From Nitrospinales bacterium (lineage in GTDB: Bacteria > Nitrospinota > Nitrospinia > Nitrospinales > VA-1), in the NCBI GenBank assembly GCA_965223795.1, contig CBDCXL010000002.1:1-64000 (forward strand): DNA of 64,000 nt, in the 5' to 3' direction. Below, piece by piece: positions 39,524 through 49,087 of this stretch (positions are counted from its first letter, which is position 1; each line of letters starts with the position of its first letter). Position numbers and translations under genes: made by a program. Below the pieces are notes generated by a model. The model was not told the origin of the DNA. It saw nothing but the letters and a program-made list of their open reading frames with translations, and did not search any database.

Positions 39524-40831
39524 TCAGCCGCGATCGTCGGTTTCGGAGTCCGGATTCGCCGTGTCCGGCGGGACGTATTTGCGGCCCTTGAGCTCCTTCG
39601 GCAGGTATTCCTGATCGACTTTGCCGCCGGGGTGGTCGTGCGGGTACTTGTAGTCCACGCCGTAGCCGTATTTTTTGGCGTCGCGGTAATGCGCATCCTT
39701 GAGATGATCGGGCACCGGGTAGGATTCGCCCTTGTTCTGGATGTCGTCGAGGGCCCGGTCGATGGCCTGGATCGCCGTGTTGTCCTTGGGCGCGCGGGCG
39801 ACGTAGATCACCGCCTCGGCCAGCGGGATGCGCGCCTCCGGCCAGCCCAGCCGCTCGACCGCATCGGCGGCGGCGTTGGCGATCACCAGCGCCTGCGGGT
39901 CCGCCAGCCCGACGTCCTCGGCGGCGGTGACGACGAGGCGGCGCGTGATGAACCGGGGGTCCTCGCCGCCGGCGATCATCTTCGCCAGCCAGTAGATGGC
40001 GGCGTCCGGGTCGGAGCCGCGCAGACTCTTCTGGAACGCCGAGGCGTGGTCGTAGTGCTCGGTGCCGTCTTTTTCGTACAGCACGGCGGCGCGCTGGATG
40101 ATCCCGGCGATGGTTTCTTTATCGATGGGCGCGGCTTCCTCACCACCTTGAGCCAGGTCCGCCGCGGCTTCGAGCACGTTGAGGGCGCGGCGGGCGTCGC
40201 CGTTGGCGTGGCTGACGATCAGGTTGAGCGCGTCCTCGTCGAACGCCAGGGCCTTGTCTCCCAGGCCGCGCTGCTTGTCGCTAAGAGCGCGGTCCAGAAG
40301 CGCGCGGATGCCCTCGCGCGGCAGGTATTCCAGCCGGAAGATCTGGCAGCGCGAACGCAGCGCCGGGATGACCTCGTGCGAGGGGTTTTCGGTGGTCGAG
40401 CCGACCAGGCGCAGGGTGCCGTTTTCCACGTGCGGCAGCACGGCGTCCTGCTGCGCCTTGTTGAAGCGGTGGATCTCGTCGATGAACAGCAGCGTGCGGC
40501 CGCCGGAGGCCTTGCGGCGCTTTTCCGCCTGCTGCACGATCCTGCGGATGTCGGCGACGCCGGCGTTGACGGCGCTGATCTCGTGAAAGTCGCTCTTCGT
40601 CAGGCGCGCGGTGATTCTGGCGAGCGTGGTCTTGCCGGAGCCGGGCGGCCCCCAGAGGATGAAGGAAAACCCGGACGCGTTCTCGATGAGGCGGCGCAGC
40701 GGTTTGCCCTTCCCCACCAGATGCTCCTGGCCGAGGAATTCCGCAAAATCCGCGGGACGCATGCGGTCGGGAAGCGGCGCTCCGCCTGGGGCCGCGCCCG
40801 GCGCTTCTTCGTATTCGGGAAACAGTTCCAT
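39524..40831 (-). CDS. rarA: Replication-associated recombination protein A
   Basis: GPPGSGKT, DEIHRFNKAQQD, KSLRGSDPD. Confidence 0.95.
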   Translation of the reverse strand: MELFPEYEEAPGAAPGGAPLPDRMRPADFAEFLGQEHLVGKGKPLRRLIENASGFSFILWGPPGSGKTTLARITARLTKSDFHEISAVNAGVADIRRIVQQAEKRRKASGGRTLLFIDEIHRFNKAQQDAVLPHVENGTLRLVGSTTENPSHEVIPALRSRCQIFRLEYLPREGIRALLDRALSDKQRGLGDKALAFDEDALNLIVSHANGDARRALNVLEAAADLAQGGEEAAPIDKETIAGIIQRAAVLYEKDGTEHYDHASAFQKSLRGSDPDAAIYWLAKMIAGGEDPRFITRRLVVTAAEDVGLADPQALVIANAAADAVERLGWPEARIPLAEAVIYVARAPKDNTAIQAIDRALDDIQNKGESYPVPDHLKDAHYRDAKKYGYGVDYKYPHDHPGGKVDQEYLPKELKGRKYVPPDTANPDSETDDRG

Positions 40832-40865
40832 GGGTCGTGCCCCCGGCGTATCGGCGGGCTCAGGA

Positions 40866-42548
40866 TCAGACGTCCATCTTCTTCAAGGCTTCGATGCCGC
40901 GCTGAAGCGGCAGGAAGGTGACGGCCAGGGTCAGGACAACGATCAGGGTGTAGCAGATGGGAACGTCCAGGCCGCCCACGCTTTTGAACAGGAATTTTTC
41001 GTTGAAATGCACGTACATGGGCCTGCCGACCAGCATCAGCACGCCGCCGATGTACGCGAGGCTGGTGGTCATGTACAGGATGCCGCCGGTGCCGGCGGGG
41101 ATTTCGGAAATGTTCTCGTGCTCGAACATGGGATACATGGCGCCCAGTCCGAGCCCCAGCCCCACAAGGCCCGCGGTGATCAGCAACATGGCAACGATGG
41201 AAACATTCATAACATAGGCGTCCACCTGAAGCAACCAGTTGGAAACGACGACCAGAAACTCGGACACCAGCAGCAGCGGCGGAAAAAACATCCAGAACTT
41301 GCTCCACAGAAATTTCTTCATTTCCACGGGCGCGGTGTAGATGGTCCAGATCTTTTTGCCCTCGATGCTGGTGGCGGTGAACACGAAGCGCGAGCACAGC
41401 GCCGACAGCACGAAGCCGACGAGGCCGATGTTGAGCACGGAGACGACGTTTTTCAGGACCACGTTGTGCAGCGGCAGGTTCATGATGTTGAAGATGTAGA
41501 CGAACACCAGCGCGCACAGGATGAAGACCTGCGACCACTGCTCCGGATCGCGGGCGAACACGCGCAGGTCTTTCATCAGTAGCGCGCGCCGTTCGGGAGA
41601 CACGGGCAGATGCCGCAGCCAGCCGCTCAGCCTGAACGCGGAACCGGTTCCGGTGGCCGGGGCGTTTTTGACCTCCTGCATCATGCACCAGCCGTCGAAA
41701 TAGATCTTGCGGGCGATCGCCCACAGCACCACCAGCAGTCCCGCCGCCGCGCCGTACAGATAGAGGATTTGCATCCAGGACGTGTTCGTGTCGCCGCCGA
41801 CCCAGCTTGCCAAACCGAGCGTGATCCAGCTGCTTGGCAGGAAGGGGAAATCGGGCACCTTGAGGCTTTCGACGAACAGCATGATCTGCGCGTCGGACAC
41901 TTCGCGGCCGAAAAACTTTTCCGGAGACAGGAAGCGGATGTACACGATCACCCCCACCAGGAACACCAGCCCCAGAAAGGAAAGCACCTGGTGCGCCTTC
42001 TTGGTCGGGAAATAGCGCATCAAAAGCAGAATGAAAGCGCAGCCGGCGATGCAGGGAATCATCACGTAGGGCACGATGCCGCCCAGCAGGTAAACGTAAT
42101 ATTGCCAATCGACGGCATAAAACTGGCCGTAGGCGATGAAGATGGGCAGGCCGAACAGCAGCACCATCCACGAGCTGTGCAGCACGACCTGGTACAAACG
42201 GGCGAAAAACACGGTCCCTGTCGGCAGCGGCAGGGAATGCGTGAGCGGCAGGTCGCGCGCCAGAAAGAACACCGACAACGAAACGATGAGGCTGGAGAAC
42301 AGCACCATCACCATGAGGGTGAGGAACACGACGTTCAGCAGCTGCACGATCAGCTCCTCGCCGACGTTGAGCGGCAGGCCGTCGAGGTAACGGATGATGC
42401 GCAGGAAGAACCAGTAATCCGCCGCGACGAACGCCGCCGCCAGAACCGAGATGAGCGCAAAGCGGGATCGTTTGCCGCGCGACGGCCGGGTGATGCTGTT
42501 TCTGAAAGAAAGCCAGCGAAGCCTGAGCAGGGTCGCGAACTGCCCCAT
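40866..42548 (-). CDS. Putative ABC exporter permease
   Basis: About 12 TMs with internal duplication (SLP; KDLR..RD; SIEG). Confidence 0.78.
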   Translation of the reverse strand: MGQFATLLRLRWLSFRNSITRPSRGKRSRFALISVLAAAFVAADYWFFLRIIRYLDGLPLNVGEELIVQLLNVVFLTLMVMVLFSSLIVSLSVFFLARDLPLTHSLPLPTGTVFFARLYQVVLHSSWMVLLFGLPIFIAYGQFYAVDWQYYVYLLGGIVPYVMIPCIAGCAFILLLMRYFPTKKAHQVLSFLGLVFLVGVIVYIRFLSPEKFFGREVSDAQIMLFVESLKVPDFPFLPSSWITLGLASWVGGDTNTSWMQILYLYGAAAGLLVVLWAIARKIYFDGWCMMQEVKNAPATGTGSAFRLSGWLRHLPVSPERRALLMKDLRVFARDPEQWSQVFILCALVFVYIFNIMNLPLHNVVLKNVVSVLNIGLVGFVLSALCSRFVFTATSIEGKKIWTIYTAPVEMKKFLWSKFWMFFPPLLLVSEFLVVVSNWLLQVDAYVMNVSIVAMLLITAGLVGLGLGLGAMYPMFEHENISEIPAGTGGILYMTTSLAYIGGVLMLVGRPMYVHFNEKFLFKSVGGLDVPICYTLIVVLTLAVTFLPLQRGIEALKKMDV

Positions 42549-42882
42549 GAAATCGTCCTTTCCAACTGTGAGACCGGGATGCACCACGGGAAATAAAGCC
42601 GGATTTTCGTCTTTCAGAATCGCACAGGATTGTGCCCCAGACAACTATTTTTCAATAGGTTATGGCCAATCCGGCAGGCGGCGCGGGCGGCGGATTTCGG
42701 GCATTTCGAAAAGCGCTGAAAATGCGGGGGAAATTTAGAAAGAACGTGGGATTGTCGGATCGAAAGTTGAAAATATTTCAATCCTTCTTTGAAGAAGCGC
42801 GTGTGCTGAGTAAGGCGGCCCTCAGGATGGACATTTTGAGGTCTATATGGGCAGAGTCGTAAAAAAATATTTCATATCCCGG

Positions 42883-43116
42883 TTATTTAAAAATCCAGCA
42901 ATGTACTTTCAATTCTTCACTGTAACTATGCTCATGAATGTAGCCTTTCTGTTCCATTGTGTCGATCACCGATCCGGCAAAACTCCAGTCGAGCTCGAGA
43001 CCGTTCTCGATTTCTGCCTCCGGTAAGCAAAGCACCTCACGCGCAACGGTTTTCATGAGTTTATCTTTGTCCCACGACACTTCTTCCCAATCGTCCTGCC
43101 ACGTACTTTCATTCAT
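42883..43116 (-). CDS. Small acidic hypothetical protein
   Basis: ATGA-coupled to the upstream ORF; AT-richer than flanks. Confidence 0.55.
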   Translation of the reverse strand: MNESTWQDDWEEVSWDKDKLMKTVAREVLCLPEAEIENGLELDWSFAGSVIDTMEQKGYIHEHSYSEELKVHCWIFK

Positions 43117-43295
43117 CTTTTAAACACCTTCGCCTGCACCTGTTCCAGGGCGTGCGAGCAGACCTGGGCGGTCTGCTCCCAGTTCGCGATCTTTTTGCTC
43201 AGCCCTCCGGGAATGACCTGCTGGTCGCACAGCAGAAAGCCGATGAACAGACACCACACGCACAGCACCATCATCAAGGTCCAGTGAATCTTCAT
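43113..43295 (-). CDS. Small membrane hypothetical protein
   Basis: GGAGGAG SD; N-terminal TM. Confidence 0.6.
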   Translation of the reverse strand: MKIHWTLMMVLCVWCLFIGFLLCDQQVIPGGLSKKIANWEQTAQVCSHALEQVQAKVFKR

Positions 43296-43430
43296 AGTAA
43301 AAAAGAACTCCTCCGGGAATTGCGGTATTTCAGAAAGGGGTTTTTCCGGGCCAGCAGCTAAGTTCTCATATTGACGGAAAAAGGAAAGGGCAAATTGAAC
43401 CGGCGGGCCGGAACGCGCATTCAGCGGCGC

Positions 43431-44396
43431 TCACTCGGTGTTCTCCACCCACTTGACGATGGCGTAGTCGAGCCAGCGCCGGTCGCCGAGCGCGGTGGGG
43501 CTGCCGGAGATGTATCCCATGTGGCCGCCGCCTTCGGGGGCGTTGAAGGTGAGGGTGAAATTTTTCAGCACCGGCTCGAACACGCGCGGCGGGATGAATG
43601 GATCGTTCTGGGCGCAGAGGATGGTGGTGGGAACGTGGATGGATTCCAGGAACTGGTTGGCGCTGCACTTGCCGTAGTATTCCTCGACGTCGCGGAACCC
43701 GGCGGCGGGGGCGGTGTAGACGATATCGAAATCGCGGATGGTGCGGTAGTCGGACTTCGGGTGGACCGCTTCGGGAAAGCACTCCTGCATGGCCTGGGCC
43801 TGACTACGCAGGAGCTTGACATAGTAGCTGTTGAAGGCGCCGTTGTTGCTGGAAAGAATCTCGCTGCTGACTTTGAGGTCGATGGGGGGGTTGACGGCGT
43901 AGGCGCCGTGTATATTGGTGGGAATCTTGCGGCCCTCGCCGAGGTATTTTAAGAGAATATTGCCGCTCAGGGAAAAGCCCACCAGCAGCATCTGCCTTTT
44001 GGGATACAGTTCCAGCGCATGCTGGATCAGCTTGTCGAAATCGGCGCTGGAACCGCCGTGCCAGAGGCTGTCGCTGAGCCCCATGCCGGGGCCGCTGCCG
44101 CGGTGGTTCATCATGAGGACGCCGCAGCCGCGGTCCCACAACCGGCGCGCGATGCGGCGCATGTAGCCAGACTCGGAACAGCCGCCCATGCCGTGCGCCA
44201 TGATGACCAGCGGCTTGTGCGGGTCCTGCCCTTCCAGCTCGAGGGCCAGGACGACGGCGTGCTTGCCCACCGGGATCTTGTGGGTCTTGCGCTGCGGCAG
44301 CTCGATCTTTCCGGGCGCTTTCGCGCCCGCCACGGTCTGCATCCAGCCGCCGCGGATCAGCCAGTGCTCCTGAAACGGCTCCAGGGTGTCTTCCAT
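43431..44396 (-). CDS. YheT-like alpha/beta hydrolase
   Basis: HGMGG, GFSLSG, NDPFIP, GGHMGY. Confidence 0.9.
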   Translation of the reverse strand: MEDTLEPFQEHWLIRGGWMQTVAGAKAPGKIELPQRKTHKIPVGKHAVVLALELEGQDPHKPLVIMAHGMGGCSESGYMRRIARRLWDRGCGVLMMNHRGSGPGMGLSDSLWHGGSSADFDKLIQHALELYPKRQMLLVGFSLSGNILLKYLGEGRKIPTNIHGAYAVNPPIDLKVSSEILSSNNGAFNSYYVKLLRSQAQAMQECFPEAVHPKSDYRTIRDFDIVYTAPAAGFRDVEEYYGKCSANQFLESIHVPTTILCAQNDPFIPPRVFEPVLKNFTLTFNAPEGGGHMGYISGSPTALGDRRWLDYAIVKWVENTE

Positions 44397-44599
44397 CCTC
44401 CGCTGTCTCCTCCTGAGGGAATAATCCCCACCACTTCCGTATCTTATCAGATATCCGGACGACCGGCATCCCCCCATCGAACTAGATGAACCGGAGCGGA
44501 AAACGGGGCCGGAAAACGGCGCGCCGCATCGGTTGACAGGCCGCCGGGGGACTGCTAGATTGTTGTTTCCTCTAGAATTCTGCGAACGATTTCACACTT

Positions 44600-45973
44600 A
44601 TGGAAGCTGACTGTTCCCGCAATACCCGGCGCTTCACCCATGTGTTTCTGCCGCTGCTCGTTGCCGTCTTACTGCTACTGCCGGTTCCATCCCAGGGGGC
44701 GGAGGATGCGGAGGCGCTTTATAAAACCGGCGTGCGCCTGAGCCTGGCCAAGCGCTGGGACGAAGCGGCGGCGGCGTTCCGGTCGGCCGTTGAGGCGGAC
44801 CCGGAACACGCGCTGTCTTACGCGAACCTGGGCGTCGCGCTCAGCCGGATGAACCGGCACAAGCAGGCGCTTCTGGCCTTCGAGGCGGCGCTGCAGAAGG
44901 GCTACGACGACCCGCACCTGCGCTACAACCGGGGCATCTCGTTTGCGAAAGTCGATCTGCTGGAAGAAGCGGAAGCGGAGATGCAGAAGGCGCTCAAGCT
45001 CAACCCGCGCATGGTCAAGGCGGACTACGACCTGGGCGTGATCTACCTTTTGCAGGAGAGGTTCGACGCGGCGCGCAGTCAGGTGGACGTGCTGTACCCG
45101 CGCAACGAAAAGCTGGCGCGCAAGCTGTTCGAGAAAATTCCGCCGCAGTACAAGGTGGTCAGCGTGAACGACGGCGGCACGGTGACGGGACGCGTGACGA
45201 TGCAGGGCGGTCAGCCGCGGCCGCGCTACTTTCATCTGGTGCACGCGCCGAACATCGAATTCTGCACGCGCATGTCCGACGGCATGGGCCACCGGCTGCT
45301 GTTCGACTTCACGGTGTCGGAAAGCGGCGGGCTCAAGGACACGGTGATCGCCATCCAGGGCGTGGCCAGGGGCAAGCCGTTTCCCTCGAAGATGCCGTCC
45401 ATCCACATATCCCGCTGCCACGCGGACCCGTACGTGATCGGCATCCGCAACGGGCAGAACGTGATGATCGAAAACACCGACCCGATCCGCCACGAGATCG
45501 CCACCTACGAGAAAACCAAAGAAGGTTACATCCGGCAGAAAAGCAACAAGCCGGTGGACAAGGAAACCAGCCATGTGCGCAACGCCTTCATCGAGAAAGA
45601 TTCGGACGAGTTTCTCATCAAGTGCAACCTGCATCCATTTTTACAGACGCGCGGCTTTCTGGTGGACAACCCCTACTTCGCCATTTCCGATGCGGAAGGC
45701 AACTTCACACTGACCGACGTGCCGCCGGGAACCTACGACGTGGTGGCGTGGCATCCCTTCATCCCGGTGCAGACAGGCACCGTCAAGGTGACGGCGGGCG
45801 GTGAGGCGACGCTGGATTTCACGTTCAACCGCGAGGACGAGCGCCGCAAGCTCTACCACGACGACCTCAAGGGCTACCGCTTCAACACCTGGTTCGACAG
45901 CAAGGAAAAATTCTACGGCGGCCCGCGCATCGACGACCCGGTGGAAGTGCTGCAGGTGTACAACGGGGAGTGA
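44600..45973 (+). CDS. Secreted TPR + cupredoxin-like + carboxypeptidase-regulatory-like protein
   Basis: Signal peptide, TPRs, NTDPIRH, CNLHPF, VPPGTY...WHP. Confidence 0.8.
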   Translation: MEADCSRNTRRFTHVFLPLLVAVLLLLPVPSQGAEDAEALYKTGVRLSLAKRWDEAAAAFRSAVEADPEHALSYANLGVALSRMNRHKQALLAFEAALQKGYDDPHLRYNRGISFAKVDLLEEAEAEMQKALKLNPRMVKADYDLGVIYLLQERFDAARSQVDVLYPRNEKLARKLFEKIPPQYKVVSVNDGGTVTGRVTMQGGQPRPRYFHLVHAPNIEFCTRMSDGMGHRLLFDFTVSESGGLKDTVIAIQGVARGKPFPSKMPSIHISRCHADPYVIGIRNGQNVMIENTDPIRHEIATYEKTKEGYIRQKSNKPVDKETSHVRNAFIEKDSDEFLIKCNLHPFLQTRGFLVDNPYFAISDAEGNFTLTDVPPGTYDVVAWHPFIPVQTGTVKVTAGGEATLDFTFNREDERRKLYHDDLKGYRFNTWFDSKEKFYGGPRIDDPVEVLQVYNGE

Positions 45974-46157
45974 GAAGGTTCAGGGCGACGACGGCGAAGT
46001 GTACACAAGCCCCATCGAGTTCCACCACGAAGACGAATCCCCTCCGGCGAAGCGGACCCGCCGCAAAAAAAATCGTTCTGAAAAAAACTGTTCGGCAAAG
46101 ACTAGCGGACTGTGCCGCGCGGCCGCAACGCTTTCTCTTTCTATAACCAATCCTTGC

Positions 46158-47162
46158 CTAAACGGTCAGGAGCATCCCTCCCCAGCTCACACCGGCTGAA
46201 ACCCCGAGCAGAAGCACTTTATCGCCCGGTTTGACGGGATAGCGTTCCCGAAGTTCATGAAAGGCCGTGGGCAGGGAAACGGCGACCTGATTTCCATGTT
46301 CACTGAAAATATTGATGAACTGCTCAGGAAGCGCACCGATTTTCTTGCGGATGTATTTCAATCCCTGGTGGCTGGGCTGATGGGGCACCACCCAGTCGAT
46401 GTCCTGCATGGTCAAGCCGGTCCCGTTCAGGAGCCGCTGGATGAAACCGGGCAGGATTTCGATGGCGAACCGGTACAGCTCCTTACCATTCATTTCAAAT
46501 AAACAATATCTTTCATAATCGCCTCTGACTTTTCTCGGATGGAATTTGGTTCCCGCACCGAGGATTCGACAAAGGTCCGCCCCTTCGCTGTGGGTTTCAA
46601 AACGGGATGCGATCACGCCGGCCCGTTCCCCTTCCGACGCCGGTCCCACAATCACTGCGGCCGCACCGTCGGCAAAAATGGGACTGGTGTCGGGACAGTT
46701 GAAATCGATGCCGATCGAAGCCACTTCGCTGGAACAAATCACAATGTTCCGGTAATGAGACGCTTTGATGTAAAAGGAGGCCAAATCCAGGGCCTTCAGG
46801 AAACTCATGCAGGTCATGTTGACGTCAAACGCCTCGATCGGCCGCTGCGGTTTCAGTTTGGCGTGGACATTGGCCGCATTATAGGGAATGGCCTGCTCCA
46901 TCGTCCCTGAGGCGGCAATGAGGCAATCCACGTCATCCAAAGTCAAACCGCTTTGACCCAGGGCATTGTGGATCGCTCGAACCGCCATGTCCGAAGCGCA
47001 TTCCTTATCGACATAATGGCGTTTTGAGATTCCATAGCGTTTCTCGGTAAATCCGGGTTTGCGCCCCTTTTCGCGATCCAAATCCTCGGAATAAATGGTT
47101 TTACCCGGAAGGTATTTTCCAGTACCCATGATTTTTATGGAACGGTCTCTATTTGCCTCCAT
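46158..47162 (-). CDS. 3-oxoacyl-ACP synthase III-like (FabH superfamily)
   Basis: Triad motifs NMTCMSF, PHQPS, HGNQ; FADGAAA. Confidence 0.9.
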   Translation of the reverse strand: MEANRDRSIKIMGTGKYLPGKTIYSEDLDREKGRKPGFTEKRYGISKRHYVDKECASDMAVRAIHNALGQSGLTLDDVDCLIAASGTMEQAIPYNAANVHAKLKPQRPIEAFDVNMTCMSFLKALDLASFYIKASHYRNIVICSSEVASIGIDFNCPDTSPIFADGAAAVIVGPASEGERAGVIASRFETHSEGADLCRILGAGTKFHPRKVRGDYERYCLFEMNGKELYRFAIEILPGFIQRLLNGTGLTMQDIDWVVPHQPSHQGLKYIRKKIGALPEQFINIFSEHGNQVAVSLPTAFHELRERYPVKPGDKVLLLGVSAGVSWGGMLLTV

Positions 47163-47231
47163 TTTTTTGTCCCCGTTTGGTTGGTTTGTATTTTACAAAA
47201 TTGGAATTCGTGCTTTTCCAAACAGATGGAT

Positions 47232-47247
47232 TTCAAGTACCGTACCA
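47232..47247 (-). promoter_or_regulatory. sigma54-like motif with variant -12
   Basis: TGGTACGGTACTTGAA, 70 nt upstream of the FabH-like gene. Confidence 0.4.
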
Positions 47248-47357
47248 AGTGGGGGCAGGAAGGAAAAAAACGTCGATGAGGTCAGAACTGCTTTGATTGA
47301 TTGAACTACACGTTGTTTCTTTACGAAACACATAAACTTATAGAACCATTTTTTTCA

Positions 47358-47416
47358 TGCATGGATGAAAACGAACTTCACCTCCATGCATGGAGGATGC
47401 ATGGATTGTGCATGGA
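47358..47416 (-). promoter_or_regulatory. TCCATGCA x4 array, candidate enhancer
   Basis: TGCATGGA at 47358, 47387, 47398 and 47409; 16-bp palindrome CCTCCATGCATGGAGG. Confidence 0.55.
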
Positions 47417-47549
47417 GAACACGAACTCAAATCCGATTTCAGTGAGCCCCGCTGTTTCTAAAATATTGATCGGGAAAAATCTTTTTGGATTGAGTTCTTC
47501 AGAATGGAATGACAGCCGGAAACGTTGCGGCCGCATGCCCCCTTCCCTT

Positions 47550-47837
47550 CTAAGAATCCGAATCGGGCCAGCGGCGCGCGGTGTGGATCACGGCGACGAT
47601 GTGGATTTCTTCTCCTGCAATGAGATACACCACAATGTAGGGCGATCCGGCAAGAACCAGCTCGCGCGTTCCGGTTACGCGGCCAGGCTTGCCCATGTGG
47701 GGTTGCTGTTTGAGCTTGAGCGCGGCTTCCTCAATGTGGGATACCATGCGGGACGCGGCGGCGGGATCGTCCCCGGCGATGTAGGCGTGCAGATGGCGCA
47801 GGTCCTGGAGCGCGTGGTGCGTCCAGCGCAGGATCAT
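47550..47837 (-). CDS. RelE/ParE-family toxin
   Basis: WT..AL.DL..I..YI, P.MG.PGRV.GTREL, PYIVVY. Confidence 0.92.
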   Translation of the reverse strand: MILRWTHHALQDLRHLHAYIAGDDPAAASRMVSHIEEAALKLKQQPHMGKPGRVTGTRELVLAGSPYIVVYLIAGEEIHIVAVIHTARRWPDSDS

Positions 47838-48082
47838 GCGGGTTTTCTGTGCTCATCAAAAAAACGTTTCACGTCAGCGTCGGAAGCGAATTCGCCTTTT
47901 CGGGCAGCGTTCACGCCTTTCTGGATATGCGCCAATTGCCACTCGTGCAGCTCGATGTAATTATCGAGCGCGTCGTTGATGACGGTACTCAGATTGGTGC
48001 CGAAGGCTTCGGCGATGCTATCCAGCTTTTCGCGTTTGCCTTTTGGAGCCACAAAGGAGATTCTTGAGGACGGTTTGGGCAT
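47834..48082 (-). CDS. RHH/CopG-type antitoxin
   Basis: ATGA overlap with toxin; RHH N-terminus, WQ..HI.KG..AA..G. Confidence 0.88.
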   Translation of the reverse strand: MPKPSSRISFVAPKGKREKLDSIAEAFGTNLSTVINDALDNYIELHEWQLAHIQKGVNAARKGEFASDADVKRFFDEHRKPA

Positions 48083-48109
48083 CGGGAACGTCTCCTAGAC
48101 AGAAATAAG

Positions 48110-48129
48110 ATGCTATCATATTCTAGCAT
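48110..48129. promoter_or_regulatory. TA operator palindrome
   Basis: ATGCTA-N8-TAGCAT upstream of the antitoxin. Confidence 0.55.
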
Positions 48130-48219
48130 ATCCAGTCGTAAGAGCAATAAGCCTATTAATTTCAATGCTATTTTAAATGAGAGAACGCGGACAATCCGAA
48201 TTGATCAAGACGTGTGCCC

Positions 48220-49047
48220 TCACCCCCCATGCTGGACGATGAGGGTGCCGAGTTTTTCCGCCTGGCGGATCTTCGAGGCGGCGCGGGCGGCGCTTTTGCG
48301 TGTCTGGTAGCGGCCGATGTAGACGCGGTGGCGGATGCCGCTGCCGCCGCTCAGCTCGGATTGTTGCGTGAAGGCGGGATAGCCTTTTTTCATCAGCTTT
48401 TCTTTGAGGGCCTGGGCGTAGCTCGATTCCTTGAACGAACTCACCTGCACGGTGAATTTTTCCAGGACCTCGGGGAGGATGGTCACCGGCGGCGCGGGTG
48501 TTTCTGCCTGGACCGGTTGGGCTTGCGCAACGTGGATCTTCTTTTCCGTGGGCGCAGCAGGTGTTTCAACTTTGGCCGGTTTGGCCTGTGCGACGCGGAC
48601 GGTTTCCTCAGCCGGTTTGGGCGCCGGTGCGGGGGCTTTTTTCACGACAACCGGCGCGGCCGCGCGCACGGGTTTCTGCGGCTGCCGCCGGGGGGTCCGT
48701 TTCACTCTTTGCAGTCTGCGCTTTTCGGGACGCTGTGGCGCGACGATGTGCTTGGGACCCACTTCGCCGTTCAGGCCGACGATCCGGTCCATGTCGGGAT
48801 CGTTCAGCACCTGAAAGAAGGTGAACTCGTCCTCGGAGAAGGGATTGCGCTCGGGCTTGTGGGCGGTGCGCAGGATCTTGGGCTTCACCGAGATCATCTT
48901 TTTGTGGATCTGCGGGTGGATCCGCTCGATCATGCGGCCCGCGCCGCCGCTTGCGACGAAATAGATTCCGGCTCCCGCCAGCACCAGCACCGTGAGCACG
49001 GCGGCCTTTCTGCCTTTGCGCTCCTGTTTTTTCTGAAATCGAACCAA
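48220..49047 (-). CDS. SPOR-domain protein (FtsN-like)
   Basis: N-terminal TM, Pro/Ala linker, VQVSSF..HRVYIG; downstream of argS. Confidence 0.85.
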   Translation of the reverse strand: MVRFQKKQERKGRKAAVLTVLVLAGAGIYFVASGGAGRMIERIHPQIHKKMISVKPKILRTAHKPERNPFSEDEFTFFQVLNDPDMDRIVGLNGEVGPKHIVAPQRPEKRRLQRVKRTPRRQPQKPVRAAAPVVVKKAPAPAPKPAEETVRVAQAKPAKVETPAAPTEKKIHVAQAQPVQAETPAPPVTILPEVLEKFTVQVSSFKESSYAQALKEKLMKKGYPAFTQQSELSGGSGIRHRVYIGRYQTRKSAARAASKIRQAEKLGTLIVQHGG

Positions 49048-49087
49048 ACCCCCTCCTCCGTGTGAAACCCGCTGTTCCGCTGCCTGG

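Noticed and set aside
47301..47960. 219-aa plus-strand ORF
   Set aside because: Antisense to the TA pair and runs through the repeat array
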